This document shows positions 1-8,751 of a stretch of 47,494 nucleotides of DNA, one piece after another (position 1 is the first letter of the stretch; every line of letters begins with the position of its first letter). Source of the DNA: a virus (lineage: Duplodnaviria; Caudoviricetes); IMG/VR virus record IMGVR_UViG_3300048576_000582, positions 1-47,494 of that record. One strand, given 5' to 3'. The notes under the pieces were generated by a model, which saw nothing but the letters and a program-made list of their open reading frames with translations, did not search any database and was not told the DNA's origin. The translations under genes were made by a program, and so were the position numbers.

Positions 1-213
1 TACTTTTCCGGCCGGGAGGAAACCGGGCTTTTTGGCGTTAACTTGCACCACGCCGGGGAAAATTCGGAGACTGTGGATAAATTCTCAGCAGGTTGCCAAG
101 TTTTTAAACGGCTCGCCGATTTCAACGAGTTTATGGCTCTGGCACGCCAGGCTCGCGACTTATGGGGAGATTCATTTACTTACTCTCTTTTATTGGAGGA
201 GGAGTTAGCGTGA
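1..213 (+). CDS. 3' end of YkuD/L,D-transpeptidase-like putative endolysin (partial; not in ORF track)
   Basis: Frame 1 reads YFSGREETGLFGVNLHHAGENSETVDKFSAGCQVF...LEEELA*; same His...SxGC motif as 44772-45356. Confidence 0.8.
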   Translation, partial: YFSGREETGLFGVNLHHAGENSETVDKFSAGCQVFKRLADFNEFMALARQARDLWGDSFTYSLLLEEELA

Positions 214-455
214 TTAAACAAATTAAGAATTGGCAAACCAGAACGCGAATAAAAGTATTTGTTTTCGCTCAAATTCCGGTTTTAATTTTAGCCGGTATTG
301 TTTTATGGGGATGGTTTCGCGGACTGTCAGATGCTCCGACCATGATGACGGCAATCATGGGTCCGGATGGTATTTGGGGTATTGGGACGGCGTTATCTGT
401 TGCACTTGAAAAGGCGTTAGCAGGTAAATCGTTTAAAAAGTCAGAGGAGGTTTAA
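210..455 (+). CDS. Putative holin
   Basis: GTG at 210 overlaps upstream TGA, with GGAGGAGG RBS; 1-2 TM segments, charged C-terminus, lysis context. Confidence 0.55.
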   Translation: MIKQIKNWQTRTRIKVFVFAQIPVLILAGIVLWGWFRGLSDAPTMMTAIMGPDGIWGIGTALSVALEKALAGKSFKKSEEV

Positions 456-457
456 AA

Positions 458-886
458 GTGTGCATAAAATTTATGTCGGTTTTATTATTGCTCTGCTTAT
501 TGTTATTGCCGGTTTGGGCGTCCAACTACGAAATGACAGAATTACAACGAACCGAAGCGATACAATTATTGCAGACCTTACAAAACAAAATTCAGCTTCA
601 ATTCAAAGAATTGCAGAGTTGCAAAAGCTCTATAACGGAGCTATCAATGAAACTTCAAGAATCAAGGCAGATTATCGAAGACTCGAAGCAAACTATAACG
701 AATCTCGAAAAATCATTGATGGAATCAGAGCAGGATTTAACGGAGTTATTGACGGCCTTAACGAATGCCAAGGAATCGTTGACAGAGTTACAAAAATTAT
801 CATCCAGTTACCAGAGGCAGATCCGTAATCTAAAAATACAAAGGAACTTAGCTGTATTGGTCGCAATTATGGCCGCTTTTTTATAA
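458..886 (+). CDS. Signal peptide + coiled coil + C-terminal hydrophobic anchor (spanin-like, frame A)
   Basis: 142 aa; PVWA cleavage-like site; homologue at 45369-45797. Confidence 0.7.
   Translation: MCIKFMSVLLLLCLLLLPVWASNYEMTELQRTEAIQLLQTLQNKIQLQFKELQSCKSSITELSMKLQESRQIIEDSKQTITNLEKSLMESEQDLTELLTALTNAKESLTELQKLSSSYQRQIRNLKIQRNLAVLVAIMAAFL
460..828 (+). CDS. N-terminal TM + coiled coil (i-spanin-like, frame B, nested in frame A)
   Basis: 122 aa; homologue at 45371-45739. Confidence 0.7.
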   Translation: MHKIYVGFIIALLIVIAGLGVQLRNDRITTNRSDTIIADLTKQNSASIQRIAELQKLYNGAINETSRIKADYRRLEANYNESRKIIDGIRAGFNGVIDGLNECQGIVDRVTKIIIQLPEADP

Positions 887-902
887 GCCCAAATCCTCCT
901 TT

Positions 903-931
903 ACCTCTCCCTCCGGGGGAGGTCTTTTTTT
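903..931 (+). terminator. Rho-independent terminator
   Basis: ACCTCTCC/GGGGAGGT stem followed by T run. Confidence 0.7.
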
Positions 932-1110
932 ATTTTGTGGGAGGAAAGAGGAAATCGGTAAAATTGACTATTGGAAATTATGGACGCGCCTATTAAAATA
1001 TATTTGTAGGATAAATATAATTTATTAGATACGGAGGGAGCAGGAAATGTCAAATATTAAATTCGGGATTATAATCCGATGATAGAAAAAACTTTAACCG
1101 TAAATGTCTT

Positions 1111-1641
1111 ATGCTTTTTTATTATTATTTGTTTTCCAATACAATAATGTATTATCGGCAAGCATTGCCTTTTGAAGAATTAACCGGCCATTGGATACAA
1201 ATTAAAGATGGTGATTTATATGCAATGGAGCTTTTTAAGCGTCATTACTCATATTATCATTATCGTGATGGGCGCATACATAATAGGTTTTGCGGTCCAG
1301 GAGAAAAGATAGTTTTAATTACCAAAGATGGGCGTGCTTTATTCGTATGGAGAAAGTTTAAACCAATGGATAATCAGTCCGGAGTTAATTGTGCAATATT
1401 TAGGAATGAAAGCGACACACTTTCTAGCGAGTTAATTTTAGAAGCCGAAAGGTATGCTTGGGAACGGTGGCCGGGAGAAAGACTTTATACGTATGTTGAT
1501 GCTTATAAAATTAAATCAACAAATCCAGGATATTGTTTTAAATGCTCCGGGTGGCAGGTTTGTGGCATAACTAAAAAAAGAAAATTGATTATTCTAGATA
1601 AAAGAGGCGATTTTTTTGAAAAAGCTTTGGCCTATCCTTAA
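1111..1641 (+). CDS. Phage protein, possible Mom-like GNAT-fold DNA-modification enzyme
   Basis: RHYS...FRNES...LSSELI...LYTYVD...NPGYCFKCSGW resembles the Mom/GNAT C-terminal motif; start may be 1147. Confidence 0.4.
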   Translation: MLFYYYLFSNTIMYYRQALPFEELTGHWIQIKDGDLYAMELFKRHYSYYHYRDGRIHNRFCGPGEKIVLITKDGRALFVWRKFKPMDNQSGVNCAIFRNESDTLSSELILEAERYAWERWPGERLYTYVDAYKIKSTNPGYCFKCSGWQVCGITKKRKLIILDKRGDFFEKALAYP

Positions 1642-2650
1642 GCATTACTTCATCCACATTTTTGCCCTGGTCCTCTGCATTTCGGCCACGTTTCACACAA
1701 TGCTCCAACTTTCGTCTGATCCGCTTTTTAAGATATACGCCGGATCCGGGGCAATCTTCGCCGGACTATTCGCCCAGTACCTCCGGGGCCGGGCGGCGGC
1801 GTATAGGAAGAGAAAATGGAAGTGGGACAGGTGGAAGGCGGTGGGGTTGTGGTTTATCGTTATCATTTATATAGTTATTTTCGAATTCATTTCAGCTTTC
1901 GGTGTGATTGTGTCCAAGGTCGATATGGAGGAGCAAATGTACCAGCAAACTTCCGATATACAAACTAATGTGAACACTGATTTGACCGATATTCGTAATG
2001 ATATTCGGGCAAAGAAAGAACAGAGGAATTTGGAGTTTAAGGACCATGGGCGCGGCAGAAAGTACAACCAGTTTGAGGACGAAATCAAGGCATTGGAGGA
2101 CCAGCGGAAAAAATTAGAGGTCAAGCTAAATGCCGTCTCAAAAACTTCAAAAATTGTTTCAAAAAGCGTATTTGCTGACCTGAATTTTAATACCGGAATT
2201 GAGGCTAAATGGTTTAAAATATCGATGTCATCGGCGCTTTTGTTGCTGATATTTTCGGCTCCACTCATGTTTCCATGGAAGATTTCCTTGGATGGTTTAG
2301 ATTGGGAAGCAAAAAAAAGCACTTCTCCAGATACAACGCAACCCGAAAAAGCGCTTTTAAATGATTCCTTGAGTCGAATAAAAGAGCTTTTGGAATTTAC
2401 AGAAGCGCTTTTTAGTGACTTTTCTGCCAAACTAAACGGGGAGTCAGCAATATCGAAAAAGACGGGAATACCAATAGAACGGTGCTTAGAATATCGGAAG
2501 TATTTAGATGAATTACATATTGGGGATGTTGCCGTAATCAATAAGCGTCAAGGCGGATCTGTTTGTAATTTCTCAAAAGATGAAGTACTGCAATTTCTTA
2601 AAAGCAATTACAGTAAGGGCTTTTTAGATACCCTAACAGGTATCGGGTAA
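1616..2650 (+). CDS. Multi-pass membrane protein with coiled coil and soluble C-terminal domain
   Basis: About 4 hydrophobic segments and heptad-rich middle. Confidence 0.6.
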   Translation: MKKLWPILKHYFIHIFALVLCISATFHTMLQLSSDPLFKIYAGSGAIFAGLFAQYLRGRAAAYRKRKWKWDRWKAVGLWFIVIIYIVIFEFISAFGVIVSKVDMEEQMYQQTSDIQTNVNTDLTDIRNDIRAKKEQRNLEFKDHGRGRKYNQFEDEIKALEDQRKKLEVKLNAVSKTSKIVSKSVFADLNFNTGIEAKWFKISMSSALLLLIFSAPLMFPWKISLDGLDWEAKKSTSPDTTQPEKALLNDSLSRIKELLEFTEALFSDFSAKLNGESAISKKTGIPIERCLEYRKYLDELHIGDVAVINKRQGGSVCNFSKDEVLQFLKSNYSKGFLDTLTGIG

Positions 2651-2793
2651 AAATGCAAAAAGGAATAAATTTACTTATGGTGTTTTAGCAGGTATTTTAA
2701 TTTAGCTTCAGCAGCTCCGCCGGCGACCAGGCCCGCGGTAAAAAGCATCAAAAGGCCAGCTAAAATACCCCTAAACTTTTAAGGAGGATAAAC

Positions 2794-3030
2794 ATGCCGC
2801 GTCAAAAAGGAACAGGGACAAAAGAAAAACTGTCCGTTACAGTCGATAAGGACATAGTTGATAAGCTAGACCGGATGTTCAAGGGGAGCGACCGGGGGGG
2901 AAAGTCGGAATTTGTAAATCGAATATTAAAGGTTGAATTGTTTCCATCTGCTAATGAAATAAAAAGCGCCGGGCCGGACCAATCGATAACGTTTGAGGTC
3001 AGCGCGGCCAGGAAGGAAGTTGAAAAGTGA
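2794..3030 (+). CDS. Ribbon-helix-helix (CopG/Arc-like) DNA-binding protein
   Basis: KEKLSVTVDKDIVDKLD...KSEFVNRIL; AAGGAGG RBS. Confidence 0.7.
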   Translation: MPRQKGTGTKEKLSVTVDKDIVDKLDRMFKGSDRGGKSEFVNRILKVELFPSANEIKSAGPDQSITFEVSAARKEVEK

Positions 3031-3356
3031 TTAATCCAATAAAAGTCACTTGTAGAAATCAAGATTGTATATTCAATGATGACCCGGAAATTACACAATT
3101 TCAAAGTGGAGTTGTTTTAATTTCCGGATGTAAGGCTATCCTGACTATTAGTAGAGAGCCGTTAGATATAGTAATAACTAAAAATGGGCAATGTGAAACA
3201 TTTATATCAAAAGAACCTTTTATGAATAATCACAATAAAACCATCGCGGAACTAAAAGAACTTATAAAAATTGGGTTTTGCGATAAATGCGGACATGGTT
3301 GTGATATAGGCATTCGTTGTGATATTAACAATGCTTTTAAAAGATTAGGAGAGTGA
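3027..3356 (+). CDS. Cys-rich hypothetical protein
   Basis: GTGA coupling; several Cys motifs. Confidence 0.55.
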   Translation: MINPIKVTCRNQDCIFNDDPEITQFQSGVVLISGCKAILTISREPLDIVITKNGQCETFISKEPFMNNHNKTIAELKELIKIGFCDKCGHGCDIGIRCDINNAFKRLGE

Positions 3357-3360
3357 TATT

Positions 3361-3651
3361 ATGGGTGAATGCACTATAACCATCCGAGATGGTAACCAAT
3401 GGCCGACATTTATTCACTCTCCCCACATCGGCTTTGACGATTGGTTCCGGGTAATTGTCAAAGAAGTGCGCTTTTTAGAAAAAGGGAAAAACGACTGGGC
3501 GGTGTGGGAGATAAATCCATTATATTTAGATGATTTGATTGGTTTTGCTAAGGATTGTTATGGAAACGGATTTAAATTGATTAATTTAAAGGAAAATCCG
3601 AAAGAACCAGAAGTTTTTCAAGAGTTTTCGGGGCAATTGGGATTATTTTAG
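3361..3651 (+). CDS. Hypothetical protein with C-terminal beta-clamp-binding-like motif
   Basis: Ends QLGLF; N-terminus MGECTITI resembles 12342 protein. Confidence 0.55.
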   Translation: MGECTITIRDGNQWPTFIHSPHIGFDDWFRVIVKEVRFLEKGKNDWAVWEINPLYLDDLIGFAKDCYGNGFKLINLKENPKEPEVFQEFSGQLGLF

Positions 3652-5352
3652 TTTTTTCCACCGTTCTCCATTCCATATCCTACAGATTTGGGCTTTAGAA
3701 ACATTATATTTTTTACATAACGATGTCAAGCTATCTGACCGATGCTCACGGATATATTGCACCTGTTCTTCCGTGAGCTTTGCATTTCGCCGGTTGTCCG
3801 GGTTAACTTTAGCGGGAAGTGTTGGTCTCCTACCGGACGTTTCTAAGGTTAGGCACGCTCCGCCTCCACCATCTAAATCCAAACCAAATTCACTATCAAT
3901 AAAACCATCTAAGATAGTGACTTTTTTAACATAGCTACTAATTATATTTTTACAGGCCTGAATATTATTCAAAAGGAAACTATTTTTGTCTTTTTCGAGA
4001 TACTTTTGAATCATTGATTCTGTTAATTGGTTTTCGACCTTTTTTATAGAACTATGGATTGTATTAGATAATATTTCTTTCTGTTGCTCTAGTTCCGATA
4101 ATGCATCTTTCATAGATGGATTATACATGCCATCGGATATGGCTTTAATTATATTTTGTATTTTATCCTCAACAACTCTCAATTCATTCCGAGCATATTT
4201 AATCTCAGCTTGTCTTTGCTGCACAATCTCATTGTTTTTTTCTTTAAGCATCTTCACTAGTTGGGTAATTCCTTCATCACTAAAAATAGCCTTTAAAAGC
4301 CATTTTACAACAAAACTTTCAATATATTCTTTGTTAACAGTTTTAGCGTCGCACGTTTTTAAACGTTTTTTATTATTGCATTCATAATAAGCATATATTT
4401 GCTTATTTCGCCCCTGTTTGGCTCGGTTGCCAACCATAACACCGTTGCATTTTCCACAATAAATCAGCCCCGTAAGTAAATATACTTCTTTAGCCTTGGC
4501 AGCTGCCGGGGCCTGTTTGCGTTTTTCCATAATTTTTTGAGCAGCTTCAAATTGTTCAGAAGTTATAATGGCCGGGATAACGCCATCAGCTTTAATTATT
4601 TGTTCGGCGTCTTTTTTAGCATGGTTATTACGTTTACCGTTTTTAGCTGATACAGCTTTATTAAAAATATAGATTCCTGTATATTTTTCATTACGTAAAA
4701 TTTCATAAACTGAAGTCTTCTGAAATTGTTTACCGGTTTTGGTAGTATATCCAGCTTGAGTTAAATGAATAATTATTTTAGGGTAGGATTCACCAGATAA
4801 ATACATATCGAAGATAATTCTTACTGCATCGGCCTCCGATTGATTAATAATCAATTTTTTATCAGGGCCTACGTCATAACCAAGCGGAGGTTTACCACCA
4901 GTGTGAAGTCCTTTATATGCATTTTCACGCATCCCCTTCATGACTTCCCGGGCAAGGTTTTTCGAATAATATTCATTCATAGCTTCAAGCATTGATTCAA
5001 GGATGATTGACTCCGGGGAATCATCCAACGGTTGGGCGACAGCTACTAGACACATATTATGATTAGTTAATTTACGCTTATAAATAGCGGAATCATAGCG
5101 ATTACGAGCAAAACGATCTAATTTGTGGACATAACAAAAATCGGCTTCAATTCTGCCGGACGATATATCCTCAAACATTTGTAAAAACAAAGGCCTATTA
5201 TCGGTAGTTGCCGATCGGGCTTCATCAATATATTCTTTAATTACTATAACACCTTTATTATCCGCATATTCACGAATAGCTCTTAATTGTGCGTCAATAG
5301 ATTCTTCGCGCTGATTATCTGATGAAAATCTAGCATATGCTATGGCTTTCAT
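3643..5352 (-). CDS. int: Large serine integrase, chimeric C-terminus beyond the att core
   Basis: YARFSS catalytic Ser, KLDRFAR, recombinase domain (PPLGY), Zn ribbon (CGKC...YYEC...C), coiled coil; GGGG encoded by att core. Confidence 0.95.
   Translation of the reverse strand: MKAIAYARFSSDNQREESIDAQLRAIREYADNKGVIVIKEYIDEARSATTDNRPLFLQMFEDISSGRIEADFCYVHKLDRFARNRYDSAIYKRKLTNHNMCLVAVAQPLDDSPESIILESMLEAMNEYYSKNLAREVMKGMRENAYKGLHTGGKPPLGYDVGPDKKLIINQSEADAVRIIFDMYLSGESYPKIIIHLTQAGYTTKTGKQFQKTSVYEILRNEKYTGIYIFNKAVSAKNGKRNNHAKKDAEQIIKADGVIPAIITSEQFEAAQKIMEKRKQAPAAAKAKEVYLLTGLIYCGKCNGVMVGNRAKQGRNKQIYAYYECNNKKRLKTCDAKTVNKEYIESFVVKWLLKAIFSDEGITQLVKMLKEKNNEIVQQRQAEIKYARNELRVVEDKIQNIIKAISDGMYNPSMKDALSELEQQKEILSNTIHSSIKKVENQLTESMIQKYLEKDKNSFLLNNIQACKNIISSYVKKVTILDGFIDSEFGLDLDGGGGACLTLETSGRRPTLPAKVNPDNRRNAKLTEEQVQYIREHRSDSLTSLCKKYNVSKAQICRIWNGERWKKLK
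3853..3884 (+). repeat. Left att junction (core plus attP arm)
   Basis: GCACGCTCCGCCTCCACCA 3853-3871 is 18/19 identical to 46209-46227; arm AAATCCAAAC 3875-3884. Confidence 0.9.
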
Positions 5353-5753
5353 GATTTTTCTCCCTTTTTAACATCTGCAATAGTCTGTATATATGTTTTT
5401 ATCAATTCCATCATAGTTTCAAATTCGGCTTGATTTAAATTATCATATGCCATACGCAATAGTCCAATTGCTTTAATGTAATATTCCGGCATTTCCTCTT
5501 CATCGATATAGGTGATATTAAAAGCAAAATCATCTGGTATATATCCGGCTATTTTCATTAATTCTTCATATGAAACACCCATATGTGGAGCGAGTGCCTT
5601 TAAGATAGAAGGAGATACTTTCTTTCTATCACCTGTTTCAATTCGCCATAACTCAACGGTACTTATATTTGCAAGCCTAGCCAATTCTTTTTGGCCGAGA
5701 TCTTTTTCCGTCCGCTTATTTCGTATAAACTCACCTATACTAATATTCTCCAT
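5349..5753 (-). CDS. XRE-family HTH immunity repressor
   Basis: GQKELARLANISTVELWRIETG; divergent from cro-like gene; no S24 peptidase domain. Confidence 0.85.
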   Translation of the reverse strand: MENISIGEFIRNKRTEKDLGQKELARLANISTVELWRIETGDRKKVSPSILKALAPHMGVSYEELMKIAGYIPDDFAFNITYIDEEEMPEYYIKAIGLLRMAYDNLNQAEFETMMELIKTYIQTIADVKKGEKS

Positions 5754-5797
5754 CGAATTATCCTCCTACTAAAAAAACATCGGTTATATTTGTTAAC

Positions 5798-5826
5798 ATT
5801 ATATAAAAAGTATTACCATTTGGCAA
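5798..5826 (-). promoter_or_regulatory. Leftward sigma-A promoter (repressor-integrase)
   Basis: TTGCCA-17 bp-TATAAT on minus strand. Confidence 0.75.
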
Positions 5827-5845
5827 TGCTTTTGCAACATATTTC

Positions 5846-5875
5846 TTGACAAACGGTAATTAAAAATGTTATACT
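5846..5875 (+). promoter_or_regulatory. Rightward lytic promoter
   Basis: TTGACA-18 bp-TATACT with extended -10 TG. Confidence 0.75.
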
Positions 5876-5917
5876 GAATTTGGAATTACCGAACGGAAAT
5901 AGACGTATCGTAAAGAG

Positions 5918-6133
5918 GTGTATATTTTGATTCCGAACAGTGAATATATCCGAGAACTATTATCAAAAAACGAATGGACTCAACATCAACTCGCTATAAA
6001 AGCCGATTTAACGCCTGCTACGATTAGCAGATTGCTATCTGGGAAACGAGGTGGAAGCCCTAAAACCATTGCGGCACTAATGAAAGCATTTCCCGAAGAA
6101 CCAATTGATAAGCTTTTTATTTTATCTGGATGA
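5918..6133 (+). CDS. Cro-like HTH protein
   Basis: WTQHQLAIKADLTPATISRLLSG. Confidence 0.85.
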   Translation: MYILIPNSEYIRELLSKNEWTQHQLAIKADLTPATISRLLSGKRGGSPKTIAALMKAFPEEPIDKLFILSG

Positions 6134-6165
6134 CTTCCGAACGGTAACGAACGTAATGTGAAGGA

Positions 6166-6351
6166 GTGATTGACTTGCCGTATGTACATTCGATCAAAAT
6201 TGACCGTAAAACTGGTGAGATCATCAACTATAAAATAACCAAGTCGGAAGAAAAAATTAACCATAAACCGTTAATCAATCTTTTATACAATCACATGGAA
6301 CGAGAAATAACAGAAAATCAATCGAAAGGAACTGATCCGCATGTGGACTGA
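6166..6351 (+). CDS. Small early protein (possible directionality factor)
   Basis: Position after cro only. Confidence 0.4.
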   Translation: MIDLPYVHSIKIDRKTGEIINYKITKSEEKINHKPLINLLYNHMEREITENQSKGTDPHVD

Positions 6352-6679
6352 ACAAATCATTTTCACGGCCACAAAAGAGGACCCTAAACATGAATATGTT
6401 TTTGAAGATCAGGAATTCAACGAAGTCGGTTGGTCTATGCAGCGAGGTTTTTCATTAATTGGGTTGTCCAGAGTAACAACCCAATTGACTGAAACTAATA
6501 GTTTAATTATTTGTGCATATGTTCGGGAAAGATTACCTGATTGGAAAATTGTCGCCAAAAGTTTTGTTTTTTATGATATTCAAGGAGATGCCACTAAAGT
6601 TGTTTTTTATCGCTATAAACTAGAAAACGGAATACTATCATCCTTTTTCAATTTTAAGCTTGAAAACATGAAAGAATAA
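6341..6679 (+). CDS. Hypothetical protein
   Basis: ORF in early operon with RBS. Confidence 0.55.
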   Translation: MWTEQIIFTATKEDPKHEYVFEDQEFNEVGWSMQRGFSLIGLSRVTTQLTETNSLIICAYVRERLPDWKIVAKSFVFYDIQGDATKVVFYRYKLENGILSSFFNFKLENMKE

Positions 6680-6837
6680 AGAGTTAATGTTGACTTCCTT
6701 AAACTCGAAGAAATTTCACCCCGGCCATTGCCCCCAGTGCGCCTTTATCAGCCGGGACCAAAAAGTATGCAAAGTAAATTGTTCACCCAAAGTTTTCGCT
6801 GGGTTATCCCGGCGCCGATGCCGGTGGTTCAAACCAA

Positions 6838-7119
6838 TTGAAGGAGGCTGAACGAATGTTTGCAAAACGCCACATCAGGAATGTCACCGAACTTACTTTG
6901 GACTTTCGCACCGGATGGCTATACGAAGGACCACCATCCGGACATCAAGTTTTATGTATGCCTATGAAAATAAATATACCGGAAGGGAAACCCGGATGGA
7001 AAGACGCTGTTTGTCCAGTTTGCGGCAGAGAATGTTGGGACAAGCCTATACCGGAAGGTTATAAAGCCTTATCCAGGATGTGTACCGAATGCTGTATTCG
7101 AGTCGTCATTCGTCAGTAA
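6838..7119 (+). CDS. Zn-ribbon protein (paralogue of 7246-7497)
   Basis: CMP...CPVCGRECW...CTEC. Confidence 0.65.
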   Translation: MKEAERMFAKRHIRNVTELTLDFRTGWLYEGPPSGHQVLCMPMKINIPEGKPGWKDAVCPVCGRECWDKPIPEGYKALSRMCTECCIRVVIRQ

Positions 7120-7245
7120 ACTATCGGGAGTTTTATGACTCCCACCCTGGACATCCCTTGTTCGGAAATCCGTGTTTGTCGGGGGAGGCAAACACGAGGG
7201 CGATGTCCAGAGTAGGAACCATAAAATTTAAAAGGGGGTCGGCGC

Positions 7246-7497
7246 ATGAGTGATGCAAAGATGGGGTTCGACAAAGAAACCGGTTTTGTTTTCAAAGATC
7301 TAGACGTAGACGATGGAACCCGTCTTATATGTATGCCTCTACAAAAAAACATCCGTGAAAAATTCGCAGGTGGAAAAGAAGTCCATTGTCCAAATTGTGG
7401 TCAAGCTTGTTGGGAAGTCCCGGTACCGGCAAAGATTTCGGCCGGTAAAACCATTAAAAAATTATGTACGGCTTGTGTGATTAAGTTTCGGGGGTGA
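7246..7497 (+). CDS. Zn-ribbon protein
   Basis: CMP...CPNCGQACW...CTAC. Confidence 0.65.
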   Translation: MSDAKMGFDKETGFVFKDLDVDDGTRLICMPLQKNIREKFAGGKEVHCPNCGQACWEVPVPAKISAGKTIKKLCTACVIKFRG

Positions 7498-7853
7498 AAT
7501 ATTTGACTCCAGTATATCAGGATATTACCAATACCAAAGTGGACCCAGGGAATAGTTTTCGGGCTTGTATTGCATCCGTTATGGACTTGCCCTTTGACAT
7601 GATACCCGAGATTGATTTCGCCAATGATAAATGGCTTGATATAGTCATATCATTTCTAAAGCAAAACGGTTATCAACTCTTTTGGGGTACCGCACGGCCA
7701 ATGCATGTCCAGTACTATTTTCCCCAAGGTTACAATTCTAAGAACATCCGTCATTCGGTAATACATACCTGCGGGGTACTCGTCCACAATCCCGATCCGG
7801 CCGGCGGAAATATCATGGGCGACGAATATTTTTGGATTGAAAAGAGGGGTTGA
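7494..7853 (+). CDS. Papain/C39-like fold protein, apparently inactive
   Basis: GNSFRACIAS...HSV...HNPDP; paralogue of 18343-18699. Confidence 0.5.
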   Translation: MKYLTPVYQDITNTKVDPGNSFRACIASVMDLPFDMIPEIDFANDKWLDIVISFLKQNGYQLFWGTARPMHVQYYFPQGYNSKNIRHSVIHTCGVLVHNPDPAGGNIMGDEYFWIEKRG

Positions 7854-8124
7854 CATGCCGAAGCAGGTGAGCTACGAAGCGCTGGAAGCGTCATTTCAAA
7901 AGAAATGTATGGAGTTTAAGGGGATACTGTTACAAAGCATCAACAAACGCCAGCGCCACCATTTTGATTTGCAAAAAAGTTTTTATACCTCCGCGCTCTG
8001 GGGGATGAAACAGCTTGTTTATGATATCGAATATCTGGATGGCTATCGGTCCCGCTGGCAACAATTCACCGATCATTTGCTGTACGATTTTGAAATGATT
8101 CGATATCCGGATGATGAAATCTAA
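7837..8124 (+). CDS. Hypothetical protein
   Basis: ORF; probable start ATG 7855. Confidence 0.5.
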   Translation: MKRGVDMPKQVSYEALEASFQKKCMEFKGILLQSINKRQRHHFDLQKSFYTSALWGMKQLVYDIEYLDGYRSRWQQFTDHLLYDFEMIRYPDDEI

Positions 8125-8136
8125 AATTTAATACAT

Positions 8137-8203
8137 TGCGGGGCGTGGAGGATTTGGGGAATACAAAAGCCCCAGACCGCCGGTTCGAATCCGGCCCTCG
8201 CGG
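8137..8203 (+). tRNA. tRNA-like element or pseudo-tRNA lacking a D arm
   Basis: Acceptor TGCGGGG/CCTCGCG; perfect T arm GCCGG-TTCGAAT-CCGGC; anticodon-like stem with 10-nt loop. Confidence 0.55.
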
Positions 8204-8313
8204 CTAAAAGAAAGTAGGTTTAGAATGAGTAAAAAAATTCAATTTAATCAAACGGCGCTTTTACGATTTGTGATTCACCAGGGACGACGCCCCTTTTACG
8301 ACGGTATTATCGC

Positions 8314-8751
8314 TTGTTGAAAATTAATGAAGAAGATTTGAAAAAAATCCAAAATGAAGCACCTCAAACGGACCTGATCATTGATCAATTACAAGTAATC
8401 ATTGGTGGATATAAAAGCATTATCGCTTCTCTATCGTCGATTGATCCAAATGATTCATTGATACAAAGTACTTACGATGTAAAGCTATTTGATGAAATTG
8501 ATGAAATGTCCAAACCGGATGATCATGAGAAATCAAAAACAAATATATCCACCCCGGTATCTGTTTTGTCGACGCCGATTGTTTCCGAATCGAAAAAATC
8601 AGAGCCATCAAAACCAAGTTTATCGCCAGTTCCTCCAGACATACAGCATCGAGGTTTGAAGTTTTGTATTGATTGTAAAGCTTATATTGCTTCAAAATAT
8701 TCCAAAGAACATTCTGCGGGTGATCATACCCGGGGATTGGTCAAAAAATAG
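8314..8751 (+). CDS. Hypothetical protein with C-terminal C2H2-like Zn finger
   Basis: CIDC...EHSAGDH. Confidence 0.5.
   Translation: MLKINEEDLKKIQNEAPQTDLIIDQLQVIIGGYKSIIASLSSIDPNDSLIQSTYDVKLFDEIDEMSKPDDHEKSKTNISTPVSVLSTPIVSESKKSEPSKPSLSPVPPDIQHRGLKFCIDCKAYIASKYSKEHSAGDHTRGLVKK

Larger units (their letters stand above)
1..3871. mobile_element. Right end of an upstream prophage in tandem (lysis cassette, morons, integrase C-terminal tail)
   Basis: Lysis genes homologous to 44772-45797; ends at the att core 3860-3871. Confidence 0.85.
5812..6148. promoter_or_regulatory. Four 16-bp operators, consensus ATTACC-N4-GGTAAT
   Basis: 5812-5827, 5845-5860, 5885-5900, 6133-6148; the first two overlap the -35 boxes. 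Confidence 0.7.

Noticed and set aside
162-209. ORF-track start of the holin at 162
   Set aside because: Overlaps the endolysin 3' end; GTG 210 has the RBS
2683-2776. Imperfect inverted repeat upstream of the RHH gene
   Set aside because: Too gapped to call; could be an operator but unsupported
8225-8320. Programmed frameshift joining a 31-aa ORF to 8314-8751
   Set aside because: No convincing slippery site or homology evidence
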